Part shown: piece after piece, positions 38,930 through 50,789 of the stretch
Numbering within the stretch: the first letter of the stretch is position 1
How the letters are laid out: each line of letters starts with the position of its first letter
Source of the DNA: Octopus sinensis
Lineage: Eukaryota
Assembly: GCF_006345805.1 (NCBI RefSeq)
Contig: NC_043006.1
Coordinates: 42,656,001-42,720,000, forward strand
DNA: 64,000 nucleotides
Direction of reading: 5' to 3'
Notes under the pieces: model-generated
Told to the model about the DNA's origin: nothing
The model's input: the letters and a program-made list of their open reading frames with translations, nothing else
The model's database searches: none
Program-made: the position numbers and the translations under genes

Positions 38930-40887
38930 ATATACACATGTATATATACATACATGCTTATACATATATATATACATGCATCTACATATATATACATACA
39001 TGCATAGACACATATGTAATGTCCGTGAGTGTGCTAGTATGCATGTATATTCATGATTATATTTTTATGTGTTTATGCATATATGTGTCTACGTGCATGG
39101 CTGTCCGTGTGTCCATCTATTGTCGTTTAGTTTTGTTGTCTGCAGGTCTGCCTTATTTATTTATCCTTTGACTTTATTTTGAAAATTTTTTCTGATTTGT
39201 TTTAATTTTTTTTTCTTAACTGTTTTAAACTTTTATCATTATTATTATTATCCTTATTATTATTATTATATTATTATTATTATTATTATTATTATCATTA
39301 TTATTTTTTATATGATTGGAATTCTAATAGGGTTATCATTGAATTCTTTACAATTGACTACCATTTTGATGTAGTGCCATCACATGCTTTGTCATCATCA
39401 TCATCATCACTGTCGTCGTCATCATCATCAGCTTCATCGTCGTCATCTTTGTCATTATGATAGTCGTTGCCCTCATCATCGTCATCATCATCATCATTGT
39501 CGTTATCATCAGCATCACTAAGTGGTCCCCGTCATCAGTGTAACCCCTTACCTACCCTCAACTCAAACCGCTATCAGCAGCCATCATCATCGTCTTGTCA
39601 TCTTCATCCAACCACACACACACATGCACACATGCATATATACACACACACCGCACACACACACACGCACACACACATATATGTACACACACACACACAC
39701 ACACACACAAATTTCATTTTCTTTTTGTAATTGTCATTGCCATTCTTGTTATTTTTACTGTTATCATTGTTGTTGTTGCTGTTGTCGTTGTTGTTGTTGT
39801 TGTTGTTGTTGTCGCTGTTGTTGTAATGTTTTGAAGTATGACAGGCATTTGTAATGCAAATGAGTTTCGCTAATGAAGTTTTCCTTGCAGAGAATAAACT
39901 ATTTATGGAGGAAATGGTCCTGTTGCTTTCTTGACCGAAGCTTCAGAGTTCACCATTGAACGAAAGAGAAAGAGACGGAGAGAGAACGAACGACAGAGTA
40001 TGGGGAGAATAACAAGCAAATTTAGTTAATGCTTCGACATTCTCTCTCATGTCTCCACACCATCATGTTACTGAATTCCAACCGACCTCTGTATTCTTTC
40101 TCTTTCTCTTATTTCTTTCCTTCTTTTCTTTCTTTTGTTCTGTTTCAACTTGCTTTCTTATTTTTCAGTTTTTCCTTTCAGTTTTTTTTTTTTTTTACTT
40201 TTATTCTTTTTTCTTTCCTTCCTCTCTTCTTTCCACCTTATTCTTTCCTTCCGTCTCTTTTCAAATTAATTCTTCCTTTTCTATTTTCCCTTCTTTCATC
40301 CATTTTTTTTTGTTCTTCTTTGTTCATTTGTTTTTCTTTTGTTGCTATTGTTTTTTTTTTAATACATATATTTTTATGATTATCATTTTCTCTTGCGCCT
40401 TCTTTCTCTTTCTACCTTTCTGTCTCTTCTTACTTTCCTTCTTTCTTTCAATTATCATAACTTAAACATTTCTGGTCTGTTAATTTCCTCTGTTTCGTAC
40501 CCCTACCCATTTCCTGACATAACCAAACTGATAAGAATCAGCACCCTGCAAGATGTCCACATCTTTCTAGTTCTGAAGACATCTAGAAAGCCAGGATTTA
40601 ATATGGCAATGACTAGGATTGTAGTCTTTTTTCTTTTTTTTTGTTTTTGTTATATTATTATAATATGCAAAACTTTGATCAATTTAATTTGAAAATTCAA
40701 ATGAAGTCAGTCAGTACCGATGGGAAATGCTTCAACCCAGTTAGAGGACCGATCTGATTATGACAGGAATAATCCAAGAGATTTTCTTCGCTAACTTTAT
40801 TTCTTTCTCTATTGCACTTTCTCCCTCTGTCTGCCTATCTCTATCTATCTGTCTGTCTATCTATCTATCTATCTTCCTATCAATCTG

Positions 40888-40937
<50 letters not shown>

Positions 40938-41011
40938 CATCTATCTATCTATCTATCTGTCTGTCTGTCTGACTGTCTGTCCATCTGTCTGTCTGTCTGT
41001 CAGTCTGTTTG

Positions 41012-41062
<51 letters not shown>

Positions 41063-41075
41063 GTCCATCTGTCTA

Positions 41076-41127
<52 letters not shown>

Positions 41128-41145
41128 TCTGTCTATCTGTCTGTC
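37730..41145. repeat. Region with several long microsatellite/low-complexity tracts ((TA)/(CATA), (ATT), (TCA), (TTG), pyrimidine tract, (CTAT)/(CTGT))
   Basis: Directly visible, interspersed with short unique islands. Confidence 0.8.
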
Positions 41146-42111
41146 TCAAGTTCTTATTGTGCCTGTGTTTATCTACTTATTCCTCATTTTCTCTTCATTT
41201 TTTCATTCCAATCTTCTCTGTCTATTTACCAAACTACTTAAATACTTCTATGAAGCTGCAATCAATGAGTTCAGACTGTCCCCACACTCTCCTTTCCAAA
41301 GTGCAGGGATAGTAAGGAATGTTCCCCTTGCTATACTATACTGAAGAATATCATTAAAATGAGCTCTAACGATGCCAGTTCCCCATCACAACTGGAGCCT
41401 GTCGAGCACAAATGTGACGATAACAAGCATTCTGATAGGATAACCTAATTTGTTTTTATTCAAGAGGGAATATTGCTCATCTAGGTCTCCACATGTTGTA
41501 GCATATTTTCCAGTGCCAATCTTGTTCCATTCAACCTTAGAACCAAGAGCTGTTGTCCAATATTCAAAGCAGCAGAAGATGACTAATTATAAATCATTAA
41601 TTCTTTTGTTACCATTTTTCTGTGGAAATACACAGCTTTTGTTTCAATTAATTTTCAGAATAATGAGAAATTTAGAAAAAATAATTTTGTTTTTGTTAAT
41701 CTGATGTTTAGGACATAAATTTAAAAAAAACAACTCGATGGTACGTTTTGATTTAAATCATTTAAAAGCTAGAAGTTTGTATCAAAGAACTGGAAGTCTC
41801 AGGCGGATTGATCTCAAAAGGGTTAAAAGACAAATTCCTTTCTTGTGTGTCGTTTCAGCCTTCAATGCCGTCAGTCCCCAAAAATACCATTCTCTGCTGC
41901 TTGAGGTAAAAAACCCTGAGGTGGAGTAGTTGATGCAGAAGATATTGCTGCCTGTTTTTTTTGTGACAACATTTTTGCAACCCTATTCACAAAGCGTGAG
42001 ATAAATTATTCAACAGGAAATGTAGGATTTGTTGGTTTATTTCAATAAAGCTATTTTTTTTATTTAACAATCCATTTATTTATGTATTGCATGATCAGTT
42101 TATAACTTCTT

Positions 42112-42150
<39 letters not shown>

Positions 42151-42249
42151 TCTCTCTCTCTGTCTATCTTTCTCTTTCCCTCTCTCTTATGTTTTCCTTG
42201 TCTTTCTGTCTTCTGTTTCATTCTTTCAATAAATTATATATTCTTTTTT

Positions 42250-42630
42250 TCTCTTGCTTGTTTCAGTCATTAGACTGCAGCCCTGCTAGAGCATCACCTT
42301 TAGTCGAACAAATCGACCCCAGGACTTATTCTTTTGTAAGCTTAGTACTTATTTTATCAGTTTTTTTTTTTTTACCAAACCGCTAAATTACAGGGATGTA
42401 GACACATCGGTTGTCAGGCAACTGTGGGAGAGAACAAACGCAGATGCACAAACACACACACATATATACGATGGGCTTCTTTCAATTTCCATCTACCAAA
42501 TCCACTCGCAAGGCTTTGATCAGCACAAGGCTATAGTAGAAGACATTTGGCCAAGGTGCTACGCCATGGGACTGAACATGGCACCATGTTAGGAAGTAAG
42601 CTTCTTACCACACACCCACTCCTGCACTTA
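42250..42630 (-). mobile_element. SINE A
   Basis: Family match on the minus strand; further fragments follow to about 43125. Confidence 0.8.
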
Positions 42631-43485
42631 CATTCTTTTATTTTTTACTTCGTTCAGTCACTGAACTGTGGCCATGCTGGGGCACCACTTTGTGGGGTTA
42701 GTCAAACAAATGGACCCAAGAACTTTACCTTAAGTTTGCTACTTACTTATTTTTATCACTCAGTTTTGCTGAACCGCTAGGTTACAGCATAAACAATCCA
42801 ATAGAAATTGTCAAGTGGTGGGAAGATATGCAGAGACACACATGCACATATACAGGCATAAACACATACACACATGTCTAAACATATATATGTATATATA
42901 TATAGCATGGTGGTGTGATAAGAAACTTGCTCGGGCAAGTGTCTTTGACTAAAGCCTCAGGCCCACCAAAGCCATGTGAATAGATTTGGTAGATGTTCTG
43001 CTATCACTTCAATACCTCCTGACATGTGGTACACCATGCGCCCGTTCAGGTGATGTTGATTTGATGGAGAGAGTGAGCTAATGTATAGCACATATTTTTG
43101 GTAGATGGAAACTGAAAGAAGCCTGGTCCTAAATGAACATTTAATGTAGCTTTAGAGTCAAGTTTTGGCTGCTATTTCCTGCGTGGTGGTATCTCTTAGA
43201 TACCCTAAATCATAATTATATATATATATATATATGCGTGTGTTTTCATTATCGTTGGAATTAGTTGTTTTTGTGGTTTGGGTTTGGTGACCTTCTAGCA
43301 TGTAAGGTGTCCTGTAAAGGGTTGCCTCTCTGTGTATAAATACTATACACTTTTATATATGAAAATATGTAGTCTATTGACTTTTATTACGTGTGCTAAT
43401 CACCAGTATAGAAATTTTTCTAAATTTTCTACCCTTATAATTTTCCCAATAAAAAAAAAATATATATATGTATATATATATATAC

Positions 43486-43516
<31 letters not shown>

Positions 43517-43621
43517 TGTATGTATGTATGTATGTATGTATGTAGAATATAAGGGGTTTAGTTCACTGGTGATCTAAACGAATAGGTACATTGCGTAAGT
43601 GCTATATTTGGTTATCCATTA

Positions 43622-44194
43622 CTTACTGTGAACGGATTCAGTGATGATATCGGGATGAAGTTTGGCCTTGAAAAGTGTGCCAAAGCCACTTTTAAGAAAG
43701 GGAAATTGGTAAAGTCAAGTTCTATCAAATTAGATGTCAAAACAGTAATAAAGGAACTTAAGCAGGAACAAACCTATAAATACCTAGGAATAAATGAAAG
43801 CTCTGGTATCCAGCATGCAAGTATGAAAGAGAAAGTTACGAAGGAATGTTATAGAAGAGTTCGAGCAGTTCTGAAGTCTGAGCTGAATGCATATAATAAG
43901 GTGTTAGCTATAAATTCCTTAGCAGTCCCAGTTGTTCTTTATAGCTTCAATGTGCTTAACTGGAATACCTGTATAATAATGAAAATTGATAGAAAAATCC
44001 GCAAGCTACTGACTTGTAATAAGATGCACAATCCAAAGGCAGACGTGGATCGTCTTTACCTTCCCAGAGCACAGGGAGGTCTAGGCTTGATCCATCTTGA
44101 ACTTACGTACAAAACTACCACAATCTGACTGGCCAAATACCTTGAAACAACCAATGATTGGATGTTAAAACTTGTTGAAAAGCATGAAAGAGCA
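43622..44194 (+). mobile_element. Internal RT-region fragment of an R4/Dong-like LINE
   Basis: FSDDIGMKFGLEKCAK...YKYLGI...AINSLAVPVVLYSF...RKIRKLLT...HNPKADVDRLYLPRAQGGLGL; flanked by a 41-bp direct repeat. Confidence 0.88.
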
Positions 44195-44303
44195 AATAGG
44201 TACATTGCGTAAGTACTATAATTGGTTATCCATTAGGTTTCAACTTCACAGCTGAGGCTGGGACTAGGAATCCGTAATAGGCTTTTGAGTTAGCAGGTGT
44301 ATC

Positions 44304-44816
44304 TTAGAGGAAAAAGGACAACAAAAAAATAAAACAGGATGAGTTTCTCAAGTCATTTAGAATATTTAAGTAGAGTAAGATGAATTTGAGGTAATTAATT
44401 AATTAATTAATTAATTAATTATTGGATATCTTACAGCTGTTACAAGAATACTAACAGGATCTGTATTCTTCTATCTACAGTTTTACTCTTTATTCTTATA
44501 TCTATAATTTTATTCCTTTATAAACTGTGAATTCCCTGTCTAGAGCTTTCATACATACTCATCATGTCTGTGATGAAAGAATACCCAGTGTATGGAGATG
44601 CTAATATGCTAATCTATCACTTGAGATATTCCAGAAACAGCTGTAAGACATCCAATAATTAATTAATTAATTAATTAATTATTTGATTATTTAATTAATT
44701 AATTAATTAATTAAACAAATAATTAATAACCTCAAATTTACCTTACTTTAATTAAATATTCTAAATCACTTGAGATACTCATTCTGCCTTGGTTTTTGTT
44801 GTCCTTTTTCTTCTAA
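44304..44816. mobile_element. Fold-back element with long inverted arms containing (TAAT)n
   Basis: About 44304-44450 is the reverse complement of about 44627-44816. Confidence 0.8.
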
Positions 44817-44846
44817 TATATCTATGTATGTATGTATGTATGTATG

Positions 44847-44893
<47 letters not shown>

Positions 44894-44919
44894 TTATCTA
44901 TATGTGTCTTTGTGTCTAT

Positions 44920-45150
44920 GTTTGTGTGTCTTTGTGTCTATGTTCCCTCTCCCCATCACCACTTGACAGTCAGTCTTGGTGTGTTTGCATCCTTGTAACC
45001 TAGTAGTTCAGCAAAAGAGACTGACAGAATAAGTACTAGGCTTAAAGAATAAGTCCAGCGGATCGATTTGTTTGACTAAAACACTTCAAGGCAGTGCTCC
45101 AGCATGGCCGCAGTCAAATGACTGAAACAAGTAAAAGAATAAAAAAAAAA
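44920..45150 (+). mobile_element. SINE A 3' half
   Basis: Family A 3' module after (CTAT)n. Confidence 0.8.
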
Positions 45151-45297
45151 CGAATATATATTATATCATCCCCATCATCATCATCATTATCATCACTTTT
45201 TATTAAACCTTTTAAAAAAATTTTAATTTAAAAAAACGGAGGGAACTTAGTTGCCAACCCAACATATATATATATGTATGTATGTATACATATGTAT

Positions 45298-45510
45298 ATC
45301 ACGTGATCACGTGACTGACCAGACCATCAGATGTTGCTACACATCGCTGGTCAGAATGCGTTCGCATTGTTTTAGCCTTCGAATGATGCCACCCCGCTGG
45401 CTAAGCGAGCAGGCCAAGAGAAGAAAGAGTGAGAGAAAGTTGTGGTGAAAAAGTACAGCAGGGATCACCCCCCCCCTGCCGGAGCTTTTAGGTGTTTTCA
45501 CTCAATAAAC
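45298..45510 (-). mobile_element. SINE sharing body with the 16930 element but with a (TCACGTGA)-repeat tail
   Basis: Reverse complement tttattgagtgaaaacacctaaa...gggg...gatccctgctgtact matches 17015-17090; different 3' end. Confidence 0.7.
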
Positions 45511-45539
45511 AATATATGTATGTATATATATATATATAG

Positions 45540-46262
45540 GTAAACAGTAAAAATAATTACAGACATGGACAAGAACATGAAACACCACAGAGACGACACA
45601 AGAACCACAGGACGGGACATTCGAAGCCCTCAGTCATCAGTCAAGAACCAGATCATCTTAGCAATTTCGGCTGATTAATCTTGAGATTGCTCCGATATGG
45701 GCAGCCCGCCATGGGAAATCTAAGCCAAGCGCATTAGATCCCATGGAAGAAAGCTTCGAATGTATACAACACGAGGACGGAAAACGAACGAAGTACACGA
45801 ACAAAAATACAGAATACGTGACACCAATAAGAATACAAAAACGTAAAAACAATACGGTAAAAATAAAAAACAGAACAAAACCAGGACGTAGGACAAGGGT
45901 CTTTCGACAGGACGAGTTGAGTTTGGGGCTGGCTTATGAAGTTGTGCCTAATGGCCGCAGGGAGACGAACAAATACGTGTTGCTTCGGCGACTGCTGGAA
46001 CGAAAAGAGCGCTCAACAGTGGCTAGCGGTCACGTGAGAACAAAAGACAGGAGAAAGGGACAGATGAAAAGAGAGAGAAGGTGGACGAGGGAGGAGAAGA
46101 AAGAGACAGATCGAGGGGGCTGGAGGTGAGAGAGATAGAGAAACGTAGAAGGGGGGGGAAACGGATGGAGAGGGAAAGAAAGGAAGGGGAATAAGGGAGG
46201 AGAGAGAGAAAGAGACAGATTAAGAGTCGTATCAATGCTAGAGAAATATATATACACAAGTT
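45540..46262 (-). mobile_element. Probable solo PLE 3' UTR/pLTR (different family)
   Basis: On the minus strand a C/T-rich tract precedes a T-rich pLTR-like segment ending in (TA)n, the same layout as 12273-13265; degenerate CTGATGA and GGCTG..CAGCCGAAA motifs. Confidence 0.45.
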
Positions 46263-46409
46263 GATATGTATAAGGAAAATAGGACAAGGTAGAAAATGCT
46301 AAAATAATTTTATCCTGATGAAAGTTTTAAAACCAGTTTCAGTCTGTGTGACTTGTGGAAAGATTAAATGAAATATTTAAAAAATATTTCCATAGTTTTC
46401 AAATACGTG

Positions 46410-46601
46410 GGACATTTTCCATTTTTTTTTTCCTGTCTCTCACTCTTTTACATTCGTGAAGGCTCAGTAGGTAGGCAGTAGCAGATCTGAAGAAATATTG
46501 AATATTTAATATTCAATATTTCTTCAGGTCTGCTACTACCTACCTACCAAGTCTTCACAAAGTAAAAGAGAGAGAGACAGACAGAAAAGAGGAAAATGTC
46601 C
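46410..46601. repeat. Near-perfect palindrome centred on 46507 (1-nt loop)
   Basis: ...ctgaagaaatattgaatatt-t-aatattcaatatttcttcag...; arms about 95 bp. Confidence 0.9.
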
Positions 46602-46756
46602 TATCAAGTAGTTAGCATGAAAAACCTCATAAGGGAAAAATTATTAATTATTCCCTATTATTATTATTAATAGTAATTATTATTAATAGTAATAACAACA
46701 AAAGAATAAGACCTTGATATTATGTAAATAGAGGAATTTATCTGTAATATAATATT

Positions 46757-46982
46757 TGACTATTATTCGGTTGTCATAATAAAACTCAGAGTTTCGGATG
46801 TCAGGGCAAAAATCTACTCAGGCATCTCGTCAGTTATTAAGACAATCAAAATTAGTCAAAAATACTTGGCACATTTTACATAGCGTTTTTTGATTGTCTT
46901 AATAACTGATGAGATGCCTGAGCAGATTTCCACCCCAACATCCAAAACTCAGAGTTTTATTTTGGCAACCGAATAATTGTCA
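46757..46982. mobile_element. Fold-back pLTR-like element with a hammerhead motif in each arm
   Basis: Arms 46757-46851 and about 46886-46982 are reverse complements. Confidence 0.8.
46777..46839 (-). ncRNA. Type I hammerhead ribozyme candidate
   Basis: TAATAA-CTGACGA-GATG[loop]CATC-C-GAAA-CTC[T]GAGT-T-TTATTA: 6-bp stem I, intact core, cleavage triplet GUU. Confidence 0.7.
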
Positions 46983-46984
46983 CA

Positions 46985-47153
46985 TATAGGTGTAGGAGTG
47001 GCTGTGTGGTAAGTAGCTTGCTTACAAACTACATGGTTCCGGGTTCAGTCCCACCGCATGGCACCTTGGGCAAGTGTCTTCTACTATAGCCTCAGGCCAA
47101 CCAAAGCCTTGTAAGTGGATTTGGTTGATGGAAACTGAAAGAAGCCCGTTGTA

Positions 47154-47195
<42 letters not shown>

Positions 47196-47410
47196 AGTGT
47201 GTATATGCTTTTGTGTCTGTGTTTGTCCCCCCAACATCCCTTGACAAACAATGCTGGTGTGTTTACGTCCCATAACTTAGCAATTTGGCAAAAGAAACCG
47301 ATAGAATAAGTACTAAGCTTACAAAGAATAAGTCCTGGGGTCGTTGTGCTTGACTAAAGGTAGTGCTCCATCATGACCACAGTCAAACGACTGAAACAAG
47401 TACAAGGGTA
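46985..47410 (+). mobile_element. Full-length SINE A
   Basis: Family match. Confidence 0.9.
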
Positions 47411-47604
47411 AAAGAGTATTATATTACAGATATATATATATATATATATATATGACAAGCGTCACACAGTTTCTACACAATTCACTCACAAGGCATTAGT
47501 ATACTTGGATCTAAAATAGAAAACATGTACCCAAGGTAGAACTGAAACTATTTGGTTGTCAAGTGAACTTTTTAACCATGAAGCTATGTCTGTGCATCTA
47601 TATA

Positions 47605-47837
47605 CAGGGTTGGCCAAAAGCCATCTGACAGTAAATCAAAACTATTTATTTCCAAGATTTATTTATGTTTAACAACTGAATGGATTTAATAAAAGCATCT
47701 AAATATGAAACATCATGAAAATTGTTCAAATTGAAGTCCTGCTTGAGTGACACATTTTTCCATTCGAGTCAACACAGAATTACAGATGGTATTTATGGAA
47801 TTTTGATTTACAGTCAGGTGACTTTTGGCCAACCTTG
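47605..47837. mobile_element. Tc1/mariner MITE
   Basis: TA TSDs at 47603-04 and 47838-39; TIR CAGGGTTGGCCAAAAG..CTGAC.GTAAATCAAAA at both ends. Confidence 0.88.
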
Positions 47838-47876
<39 letters not shown>

Positions 47877-48256
47877 ATACACACACCAACACACACACAC
47901 ACACACACACATATATGTATATATATATATTAAATATAGAAACCCCTCAATTTAACAGACTAATTAGGAGTTAGGTTTCTCCATTAATGCCTTAGGTCTA
48001 TTAAATCAGGTTTAATGGACTAACACGAATGGAGCCAGTCATTTCTTAGTATGGAAAGACTGTTACATGGAAAGTAACTGAGATCATTTTGTATTGTTTT
48101 TTAAAAAGCTTTAATACAAAATACTCTTGATGCAAAATATGAAATTATCTCCTATAAAATATGTTAGAGTATGGCGATCTTTCATTTTCTGTCTATGACT
48201 TTCATGTATGATTAAAGAGAGGAGGATCTGAGAATCGTAGAATATCTTTGAAGAGT

Positions 48257-48288
<32 letters not shown>

Positions 48289-48474
48289 TGTGTGGAGAGA
48301 GAGAAAGCATGGCAGTGGATACGACACAGAGAAATTGGAAGTTGTATGTGCGTATGTGCTTGAGTGTCTGTGTATGTGTTTGAGTGTGTGTGAGTGTGTG
48401 TGTGTGTGTGTGTGTTTCTTGAAATTGGTCAAAAATACTTGGCATGTTTTTCATATATTTCTAACTTTTGAATA

Positions 48475-48640
48475 TGTGCAGGAGTGGGCTGTGTGGTGAG
48501 AAGCTTACTTCCCAGCCACATGGTTCTGGGTTAAGCCCCACTGCATGGTACTTTGGGCGAGTATCTTATGCTATAGCCTTGGGCCAACAAAAGCCTTGTG
48601 AGTGGATTTGATTGACAGAAACTGAAAGAAGCCCATTGTA
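48475..48640 (+). mobile_element. SINE A 5' half
   Basis: Head to internal (TA)n; a 3' half lies at about 49120-49330. Confidence 0.8.
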
Positions 48641-49559
48641 TATATATATATATATATATGAATAAAAAATGGAGTTAATGCAGGTGTAAACAAATATTTT
48701 TACTTTTGACACATGTTTCGAAAATTCCACTGATACTATTCAAAAGAATAAATGGTATAAACAATGCAATCTTCTCTTCGGGAAAGTAAAAAAAACGAAA
48801 CTCGTCAATACGACATTTTAGCAAAAAATGATGGATTTGTATATATATATATATATATATATAATAAATTAATAAATAAATAAAACATATGCATATATAC
48901 ATACATATATGTACGTACCTACCTCTACATGTATATATACATGCATATATGGGTACAGGACACCAAAAAAACGTCGAACACAATGAGAAACGAAAACATA
49001 AACACAAAACCAAGGAAATGGACATTTTTCTTAAACAACGAAAAAATAGAGTACAGGACATACAAAACAAAGAAAATTCCCCTTCTTCAGTCACCTTTGT
49101 TTCATCTACTCCACGTTTCGAAGGTCAATGCGTGTGTGTGTGTATTTGTTTCCCCACAATCACTTGACAACAATGTTGGTGTGTTTACATCCTCGTAACT
49201 TGGTGACTTGGTGAAAGACACCAGTAGAATATGTACTAGGCTTACAACGAATGAGAGCTGGGGTTGATTTGTTCGACTAAAGGTAGTGCTCCAGCATGGT
49301 CACAGTCAAATGACTGAAACAAGTAAAAGAATAATGAAACATCATTATACATATGAATGTGGACCGCTGCATCATGAAGTGCCAATCTCTAATGTGTGGA
49401 AAAGGTAGATTGAAGAAGATGAGGAACAAAGTGGTGAGAAATGATCTTCAGATCTTGAGCCTCGCAGAGATGACAATGGACTAAGGTTTCTGGTGGTTTG
49501 TTGTGTTTGAGAAGACACATCAAACCAAGTAAAACTGTGGTTTTGTATACATGCAGGCA

Positions 49560-49930
49560 TGTCCTCTATGTCCCGCTCTTAGCAGAGAGAGGCCCTACTT
49601 TAGCAGGCTTGTAGGTCCTGGAGCCACAGGAAAGCAACTGTGCCAGTGATGCATAAAAGTGCCCATGCTGGGGCTCGCTTAAAAGCTGCTGTACTGGTAC
49701 CATGTAAAAGTGCCCATGCTGGGGGGACCATGTAAAAGCGCCTGTGCCATGGATAAGTGTCACATTAAAAGCAACATGTGCTTTCCGTAAAGTGGCTGGC
49801 TTTAAGAAGGGCTCCCAACCATGGAATCATGCCTGAACAGACAATCGGAGCCAGGGAAGCTGTCGAGCTGATCAACTCCTGTCGAACAGTCCCATCCTTG
49901 CCAGCATGAAAAGTGGAGGTTAAATGATGA
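49560..49930 (+). mobile_element. RTE 3' UTR fragment with subrepeats
   Basis: catgtaaaagtgccc units, aagtggaggttaaatgatgat tail. Confidence 0.6.
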
Positions 49931-50159
49931 TGTTGATAATGATGATGGTGATGATGATGATGATGATGATGACGACAACGACGACGACGACGATGATGAT
50001 GATGATGATGAAGATGATGATGGTGGTGGTGGTGGTGGTGGTGGTGATGATAATGATGACTAAGGAGAGAGTATTTGAACTGTGAGTATTTGTAATGTAG
50101 CAGCGATGCACTTGAAGAGTAGAAAAAGCTACGAAAAGAATAAAAAATTAAAAAGCAAA

Positions 50160-50581
50160 AAAAAAAAAAAAAAAATGCATGCCAAGCAAATAAAAAGAAA
50201 AAGAAATTACAGCTATTGACAGAATACAAAATGCAAAAGAGAAGATGACAGAAATATCAAGGGATATCATAAAAGTGCGAACACGAGCCAAGCATGGTGA
50301 TGAGGCAGGATGCAACCCACGAACAATTTCAGATTTTATGAAATAGATATTGAACAGCATTTATTGTGGAATTTAATGTAATATGTCAGCTGTGTGAAAC
50401 CATGCACTTTCTTGCAGAGAAACCCAGCAATGGTTTATTTAATAACTGCTGCCACAAAGGTATAGTTTTGATTGCTGAATGGCAACATTTCCTGGAATAC
50501 ATGAAAGATATTATGATTCAGTTAGGACATACTCATTATTTCAATTTTAAGAACATCAGACTTTACACAAGCGACAAGTAA
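50160..50581 (+). mobile_element. Helitron RepHel N-terminal fragment
   Basis: FNVICQLCETMHFLAEKPSNGLFNNCCHKGIVL...FKNIRLYTS matches the CxxC...F.xE...F..CC..G.V.L...NIR.Y motif upstream of Helitron Rep domains. Confidence 0.75.
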
Positions 50582-50591
50582 TCCATCATGA

Positions 50592-50644
<53 letters not shown>

Positions 50645-50735
50645 CATACACACAGACATACACACGCACACACACACACACACATATATATATGTATATA
50701 AATGTATATATATATGTATATATATACATATATAG

Positions 50736-50789
<54 letters not shown>

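Noticed and set aside
38570-38997. Protein-like frames on both strands with splice-like signals
   Set aside because: No recognisable motif; phases incompatible with neighbouring candidates
49075-49130. Minus-strand GAAACGT ... CTGAAGA (permuted hammerhead?)
   Set aside because: Triplet would be GUG (not NUH) and no stem I
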